Assembly: GCF_006345805.1 (NCBI RefSeq)
Contig: NC_043012.1
Location: 13,330,001-13,394,000, forward strand
Reading direction: 5' to 3'
DNA length: 64,000 nucleotides
Source of the DNA: Octopus sinensis
Lineage: Eukaryota
Position 1 is the stretch's first letter, and each line of letters begins with the position of its first letter. The position numbers were made by a program, and so were the translations under genes. Positions 52,030 to 64,000 of the stretch are shown one piece after another. The notes beneath the pieces are model-generated. The model did not search any database. It was not told the DNA's origin and worked only from the letters and a program-made list of their open reading frames with translations.

Positions 52030-52046
52030 TAATAATAATAATAATA

Positions 52047-52564
52047 GATGCCCTGATGCAGTACCAGCTCTCATGGTTTCTGATCTTAAATGCAAGTGTT
52101 TTGTCTTGATATAAAAGATGGTCTACAGCAAATATTCTGCTCAATACCACAGATTTGCTTGTCAGTTGTTTGACCATAACTCGTTGACTATGCCCATAAG
52201 TGGCTAACGTTATGTGCATTTCTGATCATGAGCAGAAGTAGTGGGGGAGCATCATAGCTGTGTGTTAAAAGTAATTCTTGGAGGTTTGGATAATTTACCT
52301 TTGGAAACATGGGTGGTTTGTTCAACATCTTTTAAACAATCCTTATTCAGGGACCATTTCAGCGAGAAGGGCTACTCGATCAGAAGAAAATGACCTGCAA
52401 GGTCATGTTCTGTTTATCGTGATATGATACCCCCACGTCGCGCACATATGGTTGTGATGGATGTGCCTAGTGTACCCTTATCAGACAGGTAGTCATGATG
52501 CGTATACTGGGCTTCGTATATTTTACCCCAGTGTCACTTTCATGGCATGCTCTACCCTCTCACG
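52047..52564 (+). mobile_element. About 520-bp non-coding interspersed element embedded in (TAA)n
   Basis: Unique sequence bounded on both sides by (TAA)n with no informative ORF; mobile-element status is inferred from context. Confidence 0.5.
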
Positions 52565-52589
52565 TAATGATGATAATAATAATAATAAT

Positions 52590-52659
<70 letters not shown>

Positions 52660-52661
<2 letters not shown>

Positions 52662-52960
52662 ACGGACAGAAGTTAGCGTTTTTTACATTGTTGTTAAGCA
52701 GGTTATGGGTCGATAGTTTTTTGGTTCTTTTGTTTCTTCATTTTTGGAAAGTAGAAATGGTACACCATTAACCAACCAAGAGGGAATTATACTAGGATGT
52801 GGCTAAACATTGTTGCAATGTATTGTTAGCAGTTCATGGCTTTCTGGGAAGGCATTCAACCAAAGGTTATGAATTTTATCCTTTTCTGGAGACTTCAATT
52901 TGTTTGACCTCCTGAGAGCAGATCTTACATCTCTACATTGATACCCTCCCCTAGGAAAAA
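52660..52960 (-). mobile_element. Fragment of a second, more diverged R4/Dong-like RT
   Basis: Minus strand: KSPEKDKIHNLWL...IIPSWLVNG...EETKEPKNYRPITCLTTM, homologous to 49620-49830; abuts (TAA)n. Confidence 0.75.
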
Positions 52961-53988
52961 ACATTTAAGTAAAGATCATTTACGAAAAAATTACAATGAT
53001 TCTTCGGTCTTTTTGCGTAAATATATCCGGATCTAGTCGATTTATATCCGGATCTAGTCGATTTATATGGAACTTTTCGAAGTTAATCTTCCAAGAAATG
53101 TCTCAAGGTTTTGAAACGTGTCCTTCTCTCATGTGTCTTGGAATGATGTTAAAAGGAAATGAGCTATCTAAGGTGAAATATCTCTAACTTAGTGGTGCGT
53201 TGTGATCTGACACAAGTATCATTTTCATAGATGACAGGTAGCAAGGGGTTCGTGTTTTAATTGAATTTTAAATTGATGCAATCATCATTTGAGAAATGCT
53301 GTTGGAATATTTTCCATTTAATACAGATGAATTAGCGCTCACAAGGATGTTGCAGAGAATAAAGTTTGCGGTTCTCTATGACAGTTACGGTCTTCTGGCA
53401 ACCGTCTTCCTGAGTATTAATTTCAGTGTGAAGAAAATATACGTATATGTTTGTTTTAATATATATGTTCAGCATAATACTATACAGTTGTAAATTCGCA
53501 AATTCGTGCCAATACAGAAAGCTACCTCATCAGAGAAGCAGAATATCATGGCTGCAACAACTTGACTGTAATTATACAAAATTCACTGTTTGTATTTACT
53601 GACAGAATTGGAACAAATTACATTGGTTTCGTCAGGGAAAGCAATAAAACTGAAAAAGTATGTTGCCAAATAGAGCTACATATGAAAAGCACATAACGGA
53701 ATTTAGAAATAGATAAGAATTAATAGAAACGCTGGTTAATCACCTGCTTGCTATAAATCCATCTGAATATCTAGCAACAAAGTTTCTGGATGTCATCCAA
53801 GAGGGAGAAGGCTGACGATATCAACTGACATTAAGTGGATGTATATGTTGACTTTCTAATTGAGACGGAATTTAAAATAGTTGCTAGAGATATAATTATA
53901 TAACTATCAAGCTTATAGTTTCGCAGACAAATAATGGCCATACCCTCAGATTATGTCGTATGTGTATTTGGAGGACTAGATTGTAAAG

Positions 53989-54073
<85 letters not shown>

Positions 54074-54189
54074 GAGAGACAAAGAGATAAAAAGTAAAGA
54101 AGCTGCAACTTTTTGCAACGGATATGTGTTTGTAATTTGAGTTTACATATGACTTTTGATATGAATTCACAATGCTTTTTTTACTTTTT

Positions 54190-54378
54190 TTTCGACTCTA
54201 GGCACACAGCCCAAAATTTTTGGAGAGCAGGGCCAGTCGATTAGATCGATCCAAGTACGCAACTGGTACTTAATTTATAGACCCCCAAAAGGATGAAAGG
54301 CAAAGTCGACCTCGGCGGAATTTAAACTCAGAACGTAAAAACAGAAAAAATAATGTGAAGCATTTAACTCGGCATGCT
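54190..54378 (-). mobile_element. SINE (type 2)
   Basis: ggatgaaaggcaaagtcgacctcggcggaattt core shared with 45088 and 58177. Confidence 0.7.
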
Positions 54379-56189
54379 CATGTTTCACAAATAATTTAAT
54401 TTCAAATTTTATATTTTAAATATTTTGTATGTTATATTAATTATATTTATTTTTGGTTTATGTTTTTCACTATTTGATTTGCCTATTAGTGGTTTTATCT
54501 CTAATATAATTTATATATATATACGTACATATGTACACAAAAAGGTGTGTATTTGTGTGTACATATACGTAGATACACTCACATAAACACGCATGCATAG
54601 TTTTGTGCGTGTGTTTGTGTGTGTATATATATATGTGTGTACGCCTCTGTATATATGTGTCTATGTATGGGTATATTCATGCGAATATGTGTGTGTACGT
54701 GTGTTAGTGTGTGTGTATTAGTATTTGTATTTGTATATGTCCGTAATTATACTTTCTCTAAGTAAACAGTGAATAAAAAGAAATCTAAACTATCAGTTCG
54801 AAAACTGCTTTTAAGTAAGGAAATCCTATCAGAGTCACCTTTTGTGAACTTCTAAATAACTAAATGTTTAACTGTAAAAATTATCAGAAAAGTAATTTCC
54901 GTTCATTTTTATCAAATCTAGATAAGAACAGTTGAAAGGTTTTATCACATATTTAGTGACTCCGTAGCTATGAATTTATATATGTATATATATGATTGTG
55001 TGAGTGTCTATATTACATCTCCACTTATGCAGCCAAGGACACATTCGTAGAAACGTGAATACTTAAAACTGAGACGACAAAGTGAATTTTCTGATAATAT
55101 ATTTGACTTTCTAGAATTACAGAATATTCTTAAGTTGAACTATACATTATTGTTGGCTGTAATGTATATGATCTTGCGTTTGCACTTAATGTTTGTGATG
55201 CAGACATAAATGTTCATAATTAAATTATCCTGTTGAGATTATTCAAACGAATAATCCTATTTCTGTGGAAGTTGTGTAATATATCACTTCGTCTATTAAA
55301 TAATAAATGTGTTATTTTGAATAATACGAGCTTAATACACCAACTAATTGTTTAATCGTGTTAAGTAATGGAAAGTGTAGTTTGTTATTCAAGCATGCTT
55401 CGAAATATTTACTTCATCTTGGAAAATCTAGAATGCCAATTTATTTCAACACGAAAGAATTTATACAAACACCTAGATATGATATTTTGTTTACTGTGGA
55501 TTATTTTATGTATATGTAAATGTGTGCTCGGCAGATGAGCAACTATCTGTATGTATATATGACATAGGACTATCCTTGTGGAAAAATTCTATGTATATGT
55601 AAATGTGTGATCGGCAGATGCTCTAAGTCTATCGTTGTCTTGCTGATGGATATTATGGAGGTAATTTGGAATAAACTTAAATTATATCAGTCTCTTAGTT
55701 ATCTGCTTTACGTTATGCATTGACTGTAGGTTCTGTTAAGAAAAGAAACAAAACATCTTAATTGTAAAAATGGTAGCTAGTGTGTTATATACCACTAAAT
55801 CGTTGAATCTTTGTAAACGATTTTTCAAAATATCATTCTTGCTTTTGCGATTCATCACTTCTCTAATCAGGTGTATTTCTTCTATGAATATCATCTCTTT
55901 GGTTGTTTCTTAGAGAACCAAAATCATAGAATGTATTCTATATGATAATGTGCGTTAGCAAATTTAGATAGTGATTGATAAAGAGAAATCATGAAGCAAA
56001 TGCTGTCGATTCCTGAATATTCACTGAAAGCAAAAGAAAAGTAGATATCACTGAAACGGATTGCTTTCAATATCAAATCAAAAGCGAACCCACACACGAG
56101 CATGTAGGAAGACATGTAGCTTTGAGTGACTCTGAGCGAGCGTGATTTTGTGTGTATGTGTGGGTGTGTGTATGCGAGCATGTGTGTGT

Positions 56190-56222
<33 letters not shown>

Positions 56223-56603
56223 ATAGTCCATGTGTGTATACGCCTATAGATTCAGTCACGGCAGACATAGGAATACGCATACAGATATATGTATATGTAA
56301 TTTGCTTAGTCTATTGATAAAATCCCACCTTGAAACATATAACTCTTTTTCAAATATGCCCAAGATTATTCAAAATGCTGTCTTATTCTAGTCATAGGAT
56401 TTATTCAAATTTATCTTTTAGAATTTTTTGAATTTGCAATTTATATTCAACTGAATGCGTAGGTTTTTATTTGAGATTTATTTTTATTTTAGCAGTATAT
56501 TAATAAATTAATTTTACATCCTGCCCTATTCACATTCTTACTTATATATATATGTGTGTGTTTGTGTGTGTGTACATATAGACAAGCACACACACATAAG
56601 GGT

Positions 56604-56714
<111 letters not shown>

Positions 56715-56771
56715 ATATATATATATATATATATGCATATACATATATATATATATACACAAATATATATA

Positions 56772-57939
56772 TTAGGTTGTCAACTATGAAATTTGTAGTA
56801 AGGAATATGGTAAACTTTGACAGATATTCATGTCGCGCCATTATTATATTTTGACAATCTTTTTTCTTAGAAAGCTGACACAACTCTTTCTTTATTGTAA
56901 CTCAATTTACGCTTTGTAAATTATTTATAAATCGCTTTTTAGAAATGGATAAGTTGGAAATTCGTACAGTTTTGAAATATGAGTTCTTACTTGGAAATAC
57001 AGCCTCACACACAGCTCGGAATATTAATGAGGTATTTCATTCTAGTGTTACTACACAGCAGACAGTATCAAATTGGTCTCCAAAATTTTGTTTTCGTAAC
57101 TTTGACCCAACAAATGAGCATCGTGGTCGACAATAAACAAAGGTGGATGATGATAAACTGAAAGCCAGCGTCGAATCACTTCCATCTCAAAGTGCCCGTG
57201 AATTTTCGTTGTTCTTTGGTATTAGCAAAGAAAACAATATTGACTCACCTAGTTCACATCGGTAATGTGAAACATTTGGATAAGTGTGTTCCACATGAAC
57301 TCAATGAATCATTTTAAAAACCGAATTGTAACATGTGACGAGAAATGGATCCAATACAACAACCGTAAACGTTCATCAGAAGGGCTGGAGAAGGACGAGC
57401 CACCAAACTACAGTCCAAAAAGCAAAATTCATCAAAAGACGCTCATGGGGTGTGTTTGGTGGTCTGGCGGAGGTATGATCCATAATGATTTCATTAAACC
57501 TGGGTCATCAATCACGGCCGTAGTATACCCCAGCCAACTGGACCAAATGATGCAGAAACTTACAAAAGTATAGCTTAGACTAGTCAACAGATCCACTTTT
57601 ATTTTATTGGAAGACAACGGCATAACACACATCACAGAAATGACATTGGTGAAACTGCACCATTTGGATTTAGAAGTGCTCCATCACCCTACTCACCTGA
57701 TCTTTCATCCGTTGTCTATCACGTCTTCTAGAAATTGGATATATTTTTACAAGGAAAAGATTTTATTGACTCTAGATTTCCCGTCTTTTACAGTTCTGGG
57801 CTGGACAAGCTACCGCTGAAGTGGCAGAAGTGTATTGACAATATGGGTGCATACTTTGATCAATAAATCTATTCCTTGTATTTATATAACGTTAGAAAAC
57901 TTTTTTTCTTTTCTACAAATTTGATACTTGACAACCTAA
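56772..57939 (+). mobile_element. Mariner transposon (Hsmar1/Mos1-like) with both TIRs and an inactivated transposase
   Basis: TIRs TTAGGTTGTCAACTATGAAATTTGTAG / CTACAAATTTGATACTTGACAACCTAA, TA at the left end. ORF relics MDKLEIRTVLKYEF...(HTH), KCVPHEL, RIVTCDEKWI, CVWW, LEDNG, EVLHHP with stops and frameshifts. Confidence 0.9.
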
Positions 57940-57959
57940 CATATATCGATCTACCTAAT

Positions 57960-59340
57960 AAGACACAGGTTGCAACATGTTTTAATTTGTGGCGATTTAA
58001 ATGTTATTGCTCTCCTACTACGTTTTCAAGGGGGATAAACTAAGTATCCCTTTCTTTCTGTGATAGCAGGGCAGACAGCCAGCACTATGACCAAAAAGAC
58101 TGGCCACCAAAAACCTGCTTCTTCCTCGAAAATCACAACGGGAAAGCTGTGTCGTTAGTTGACACAACAAAATTCTTATTTCTTTATTGCCAACAAGGGG
58201 CTAAACACAAAGGGGACAAACAAGGACAGACAGACAAAAGGAAATAAGTCGATTACATCGACCCCAGTGCGTAACTGGTACTTAATTTATCGACCCCGAA
58301 AGGATGAAAGGCAAAGTCGACCTCAGTGGAATTTAAACTCAGAACGTAACAGCAGACGAAATACCGCTAAGTATTTCGCCCAGCGTGCTAACGTTTCTGC
58401 TAACCCACCGCGTTATTGACCCCACAAAATTCTGCTGCCACCACTCCACATCAAATAAAGGCTTATGAAAAAAATTGCGGAGGCCCTGAACAAGAAAGGA
58501 GTTACTTTCAAGTACCTGGATTCAAAACTTCCTCGTATAAGTGAAGGCAAGGTAAAAGCAGGAATCTTTGTAGATCCTCAAATTTTATACTTGATGTGGG
58601 ACAAGCATAGTGGAGAAGCATTAGCAGGTGTCTAAGTGAATGCTTGGATTTCCTTCAATAAGTTTGTCGAAAAATCTTGGGAAACAGCCGCTTCCCAGAG
58701 TATGGAAAATGATCCAAGACCTGATATCAAGTTTGAAACAAGATGGGTCTTGAATGAATGTGAAAATGCATTTTTTGCACTCATATCTTGACTAGTTCCC
58801 CAAGAATTGTGGGGACTACAGTGAGGAAGAAGAGGAGCGGTTCCATCAAGACATTTGCACCATAGAAACTCGATACCAGGGCAAATGGAATGTCAGCATG
58901 ATCGCGGATTTCAGCTGGTCATAAAGACATGATGGTCCCGTTGCACAACACGAGCGGCAATCAAAGCGCTCCTCCTTCATTTGTATCAATATGTAGGCTA
59001 ACAATTAGGAGCATATTTTTTACATTCGTTTGGTTTGATGTTGACAATTCTTATTCATTTCATTATGAACGTGGTTCGTTTCATGTTGATTTGCAAACCA
59101 TATGTTCTTAAAACAAACAGAATGTGCTTTTCATTATTTACTTGATTTTAATAAAATAATTCTTTTAAAAAATCATATTTTATATTATTATTAAGTTGTA
59201 TTTTACTCAACATCCTTATGTGACAGAGCAAATTTGTTTCACTATCTTAAATCAGTAACCCAAGAATATGTAACATCCATGAATAGAAAGAATAAAATAA
59301 ATCACGAATGTAGACGAGTGTTATTCACCATGTGTCATTA
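57960..59340 (+). mobile_element. Chapaev-like (CMC/Transib-RAG-related) DNA transposase relic
   Basis: ICGDLNVIALLL, DSRADSQHYDQKDWPP, LLPPLHIK*RLMK, KAGIFVDPQI, KMHFLHSYLD*FP, SEEEEERFHQDI...RYQGKW. Superfamily label is from recalled motifs; ends approximate. Confidence 0.65.
58177..58415 (-). mobile_element. SINE (type 2) inserted into the Chapaev-like transposase, with an 18-bp target-site duplication
   Basis: ttgacacaacaaaattct (58159-58176) and ttgaccccacaaaattct (58416-58433), 16/18 identical. Confidence 0.85.
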
Positions 59341-59834
59341 AATTTCATTGACCCAAATTATAATAGCTCGTATATTTGTACCAATTTAATAATTGTTAAG
59401 ATGTTCATGCTAGAGTTTTTGTAAACAAAAGGCAATTGGAACAGCCCTAAGAAACGTGAGTCTAACAGTCTCTGCAAACCGATGATCACATTATTCTACA
59501 CATTGAACTTGAGGGTGGTGGTTGCTATGCTGGACATGTCGACTGCAATATCAATGCGTAACTCTCAGATAAGAAACACGATTATATCACACTTAAACTA
59601 AACAGGAAATATGCATGCTTCATTCAATGAAGAGTTTCCTCATCATACATTCTACCTTATTCATCAAAATCAACATCATGTATATCTAACTGAAGTCATC
59701 ATCACAAAAGCATCGAATGGCTTAGTATATCTAAAGAGTATTTCCAGCAAGATCAGGGATCGTTGCTTCGTCAACAAATAGAGTAACCCACGAAATTTGA
59801 AGTGCATTTTTAAAAGGAAATATTCCGCACTGTA

Positions 59835-59897
<63 letters not shown>

Positions 59898-60119
59898 AGA
59901 AAAAACACATTTTATTAATTCAAAATGAACAATTGAATTATTACACCATCTAGAAAATTACATATAATAGAAATATTAAAATTAAAATAACAATAAAATA
60001 CCAATGATAAAGTAAATTGCAAAAATTTCTATTATATGTAATTTTCTAGATGGTGTAATTTAAATGTTCATTTTGAATTGATAAAAGGTGTTTTTTATCA
60101 TTTTTTTATATATATGCCT

Positions 60120-60394
60120 TGTGAGGGGATTTGGTTGACGGAAACTGAAAGAAGCCTGCCGTATATATGTATATATATGTGTGTGTATGTGTTTGTGTGT
60201 CTGTGTTTATCCCCCTAGCATTGCTTGACAACCGATGCTGGTGTGTTTACGTCCCCGTCACTTAGCGGTTCAGCAAAAGAGACCGATACAATAAGTACTG
60301 GGCTTACAAAGAATAAGTCCCGGGGTCGATTTGCTCGACTAAAAGGCGGTGCTCCGGCATGGCCGCAGTCAAATGACTGAAACAAGTAAAAGAG
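60120..60394 (+). mobile_element. 5'-truncated SINE (type 1)
   Basis: Body and tail match 8589 and 36118. Confidence 0.8.
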
Positions 60395-60609
60395 TATATA
60401 TATTATATTATATTATATTATATTATATTGTGTGAAATTTGATTTAGTATTTCTAAATTGATTTTTTTTTCCTTTAAGTTAGGATTAATATTCCCTCAAA
60501 TAATTATTATATATATATATATTGGTGAGTGTATGTGTAAGTGTGTACGTGCATGCGTTCGTGTGTGTCTGCGTGTCTGCGTGTCTGTGTGTGTGTGTAC
60601 AAATGAAAG

Positions 60610-60950
60610 CGCATAGCTCAGTGGTTTGAGTTTCGAAATTAAAATCATAAGGTATTGAGTACGATTCCTGGACCTGGTTGTGAGCTTTGTTCTTGAGCAA
60701 GCCACTTTATTTCCACGTTGTTATATTTCACTCAGCTGTATAAATGACTTGCAACGTCATTGGAGCCATGGTCTATCGGCATTTGCCTTTCCCTTGAATA
60801 ACATTAGTGGCATGATGGGGGGGGGGGGGTGCTGGTATGCTTAGGCGACTGCTGGTCTTCCATAAACAGCTTTGCCCGGACTTTGTATGTGCAATTCCAT
60901 CGCCATCTATGACCGGAGTGAGTCTTTACCCTTCACCGTTTAGAGATGAA
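60610..60950 (+). mobile_element. tRNA-headed SINE (additional type)
   Basis: Head gcgcatagctcagtggtt...gagtacgattcctgg followed by ttgagcaagccactttattt, a CORE-like segment. Confidence 0.55.
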
Positions 60951-60983
60951 CAAACACGCACACACATACACACACAAACATAC

Positions 60984-61030
<47 letters not shown>

Positions 61031-61069
61031 ATATATATATGTCACGTGATCACGTGACCGACCAGGCAC

Positions 61070-61340
61070 CAAGTGTTGCTACACATCGCTGGTCACAATG
61101 CGCTTCGTATTGTTTTAGCCTTCAATGACGCTACTCCGCTGGCTTAGCGAGCCGGCCAACAGAAGAAAGAGTGAGAGAAAGTTGTAGTGAAAGAGTACAC
61201 CAGGGATTACCACCACCCCCTGCCGGAGACTTGTGGAGATTTTTGATGTCTTCGCTCAATAATCTCTCACAACGCTCGGTCTGGGAATCGAAACCGAGAT
61301 CCTACGATCGTTGCCCTAACCACTGGGCCATTGCGCCTCT
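61070..61340 (-). mobile_element. tRNA-headed SINE (type 3 variant)
   Basis: Homologous to 37200-37489. Confidence 0.75.
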
Positions 61341-61360
61341 CCACACACACATACACACAC

Positions 61361-61452
<92 letters not shown>

Positions 61453-62301
61453 TATATATATACATATGTGTGTGTGTGTGTATATATATATATGTGTGTA
61501 TGTGTCTGGTGTGTGTGTGTACATAGTGATATATTATATGTAATGGTTCCTTATGGCTTGTTGTAGACATTTTAAGTTCTTTTAGGTTCTTTGCATTCAA
61601 CTATCTCTATCACTTGCCCACCCTGTAACAACTCATCGCATTCTGTGCTCTTCACCTTGTTTATCACTGAATACACTCGAATAATAAGTAATTTATGAAT
61701 GTTGTTAATTCCCCCAACAAACTAACACCTAATTCGCACCTGCGTTTTGTAATGCTAATGAATAGCAATTTCGTTCTGCTATCTTTACCTTATTTATCGT
61801 CCTTCTTCCTCTCTTTTTCACTATACTGTGCTTCTTTAGTATTGCTTTCTATTTTTTTCTGCCATATCTCCAATTCTTCTCTACAGTATCCCTTATTGAC
61901 ACTGTAATTGAAAGGAAATTTATTGAAAAGTCACAAAATTCTGCTGATATACTACACTTCAATAAATGTTTACATACATATATGAATACATACATATATA
62001 CATAATATCGTATAGTTGAGGTTATATGAGATACTGGTGTTAATGAGACCCAAAAGCGTCAGGTAATGCAGAATAAGTGCTATAGACAAACGGTAGTCGA
62101 AACTAACTATGACTTAACTTTTCCGCTTACACCGTTTCCGATGAACGGATATTATTATTAATTAATATTCTTGAAACAGCTGTTAGACGTTCTACTATAA
62201 ATGTTCTAATATCTATACCGCCTTGGTTTTTTATCTCATTACGCAAAATATTCATAATATCGTATATATATATATATATATATACACACACAACATATAC
62301 C

Positions 62302-63140
62302 TATGAGGAGGTACCTAAAATACACACCAATTTCGCAATGTTATGTAATACACTTCGATTTACCTGTTTATACTTATATCGCTTTCAAATTATTCTTTAT
62401 TTGAAGCAATGTATTGGTCCAGATGCGTTTTCCGCTATTCAGTGCTGGAACTCTAGAAGTGATGTCTTTTGACGTCTCCGTCGATTTTTTTTTATTTTCA
62501 CCTCTTCCAAATTCTGTAGCACCACCTTCCTCACCAGTGATGCCTTCCGAGAAAAGGTCCGAATCATTTTCCAACTCTTCTTTCTGTTCACGACACACAT
62601 TCAGTTTTGACTGCTTTTAACCGTCCATGACTAAGCCTGGCCCAAATTTTGATGCATCAGGATTCATTCTCAATTCTTCGCTCAAAGTTTAAAAGCAGGA
62701 GCTACAGGACACACCAGTCATATCAATAACTCCGTCAATTGTTCGGAGATGGTCCTCCAAAATCAGTTCATGAATTTTCTCAATTCGCCCTGAACGATGT
62801 CGGACCTCAAGTGACATTTGACCAAGCCTAAAGTGGGAAAACTACTCATAAACATGTGTTTTACTCATGACAGATTCCTTGTAAGCTATTTTCCCTAGCA
62901 GAAAACATGATTTCATGGAAGCTCACTGTTCCTTCGTTTCAGCCATCGCAAAAATCAACGAAAAGTGGAGAAAAACTGAAAAGGAAAGACGCACTCTGGC
63001 AGCACAAATTCACACAACAACGCTGTTTGACAGACTAATGTCTGGGGATCGCATCAAGTGGTTTCTAGCGGTGGAAACATCAACTACAACGGTTTTGTCC
63101 ATAGAGAAACTTTCCGGTTACTTCTTGGTACTCCCTTTTA
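62302..63140 (-). mobile_element. Internally deleted mariner relic (copy 2) with remnants of both TIRs
   Basis: CREQKEELENDSDLFSEGITGEE..WCY; ends TATGAGGAGGTACCTAAAA (62302) and ttggtactccctttta (63125-63140); homologous to 43800-44624. Confidence 0.7.
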
Positions 63141-63287
63141 TATATACCAGGCTGGCATGTATTATTCTTCTATTTCATTTCAACATCCTTCAATTTCTAA
63201 CGTTAAAAAAATCCCTCACATCATACATAGAACTAATCATAATCATGTACATATACATACATATACATACATATACGTATATGCATA

Positions 63288-63338
<51 letters not shown>

Positions 63339-63467
63339 ATATATACATATATATATACATATATACATATACATAGATATACATATATACATATACATAT
63401 ACATACATATGTACATATACACACATATATATATATACATATATACACACACATGTATATATATGCA

Positions 63468-63501
<34 letters not shown>

Positions 63502-63514
63502 CATTTATGCATAC

Positions 63515-63567
<53 letters not shown>

Positions 63568-63649
63568 TCAAGGAGAAAACACAAAAACGCGAGGATATGG
63601 AACAATTATAGTGTTATTGGACGCTCAGGGAAGGAAAGTAAGAAAGAGG

Positions 63650-63684
63650 GTTTAACGTTTCGAGCGGAGCTCTTTGTCAGGAAC
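63650..63684 (-). ncRNA. Degenerate minimal PLE-type hammerhead motif within a ~190-bp repeat (63562-63755)
   Basis: GUUC CUGACAA A GAGC-UCC-GCUC GAAA CG UU AAAC; G8 is changed to A and stem I is imperfect. The same repeat family is truncated at about 27585-27640. Confidence 0.45.
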
Positions 63685-63806
63685 ATAGAAAAAGGAAAGA
63701 TCAAAGGAAGGGAAGATGGAGGAAAAAATCTCCAACGATATAGACGCGGTCACACACACACACACACACACACACTCATACACACACACATACACATACA
63801 CACACT

Positions 63807-63872
<66 letters not shown>

Positions 63873-63874
63873 TA

Positions 63875-64000
63875 CGACGGTTTTATTCGACTTTTCCGAC
63901 TACGAAATCCACTCACAAGGCGTTGGTCGGCCCGAGGCTATATAGTCGAACACACTTGCCCAAGGTGTCACACAATGGGACTGAACTCGGAACCATGTGT
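63875..64000 (-). mobile_element. SINE (type 1), running off the window end
   Basis: Matches 36440-36560. Confidence 0.8.

Noticed and set aside
53025-55620. Small local duplications (21-bp tandem at about 53025; ~31-bp direct repeat at about 55508/55590)
   Set aside because: Ordinary slippage-type repeats with no supporting context.
59430-59480. C-x13-C spacing on the minus strand downstream of the CR-like pre-start motif
   Set aside because: Contains two stops and lacks the YPFD core; probably coincidental.

Overview
AT-rich eukaryotic genomic DNA, almost certainly cephalopod (Octopus-like). The basis is the receptor family present and the dense (TA)n/(CA)n/(TAA)n microsatellites and tRNA-headed SINEs; the species cannot be fixed from sequence alone. 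The host content is a tandem, same-strand (-) cluster of intronless Cys-loop (nicotinic-receptor-derived) genes of the cephalopod chemotactile receptor (CR) type. Three are intact (CR-A 15691-16863, CR-B 29442-30587, CR-C 41392-42543) and one is a clear pseudogene (10494-11548). Three of the four copies share kilobases of homologous flank, including a candidate TATA/Inr core promoter. The rest is mobile DNA: a near-full-length R4/Dong-clade retrotransposon (RT plus restriction-like endonuclease) sitting in a (TAA)n microsatellite, Penelope-like RT and GIY-YIG remnants, mariner/Tc1 and Chapaev-like transposase relics, a non-autonomous Helitron, two gag-like ORF1-only relics, a decayed APE-type LINE and many SINEs. 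The most unexpected signal is a canonical type I hammerhead ribozyme (20476-20573, - strand) inside a ~470-nt unit repeated in tandem and inverted form (20381-21366), i.e. a retrozyme or Penelope pseudo-LTR-like RNA element within the receptor cluster. All alignments were done by eye, and many repeat boundaries are approximate.
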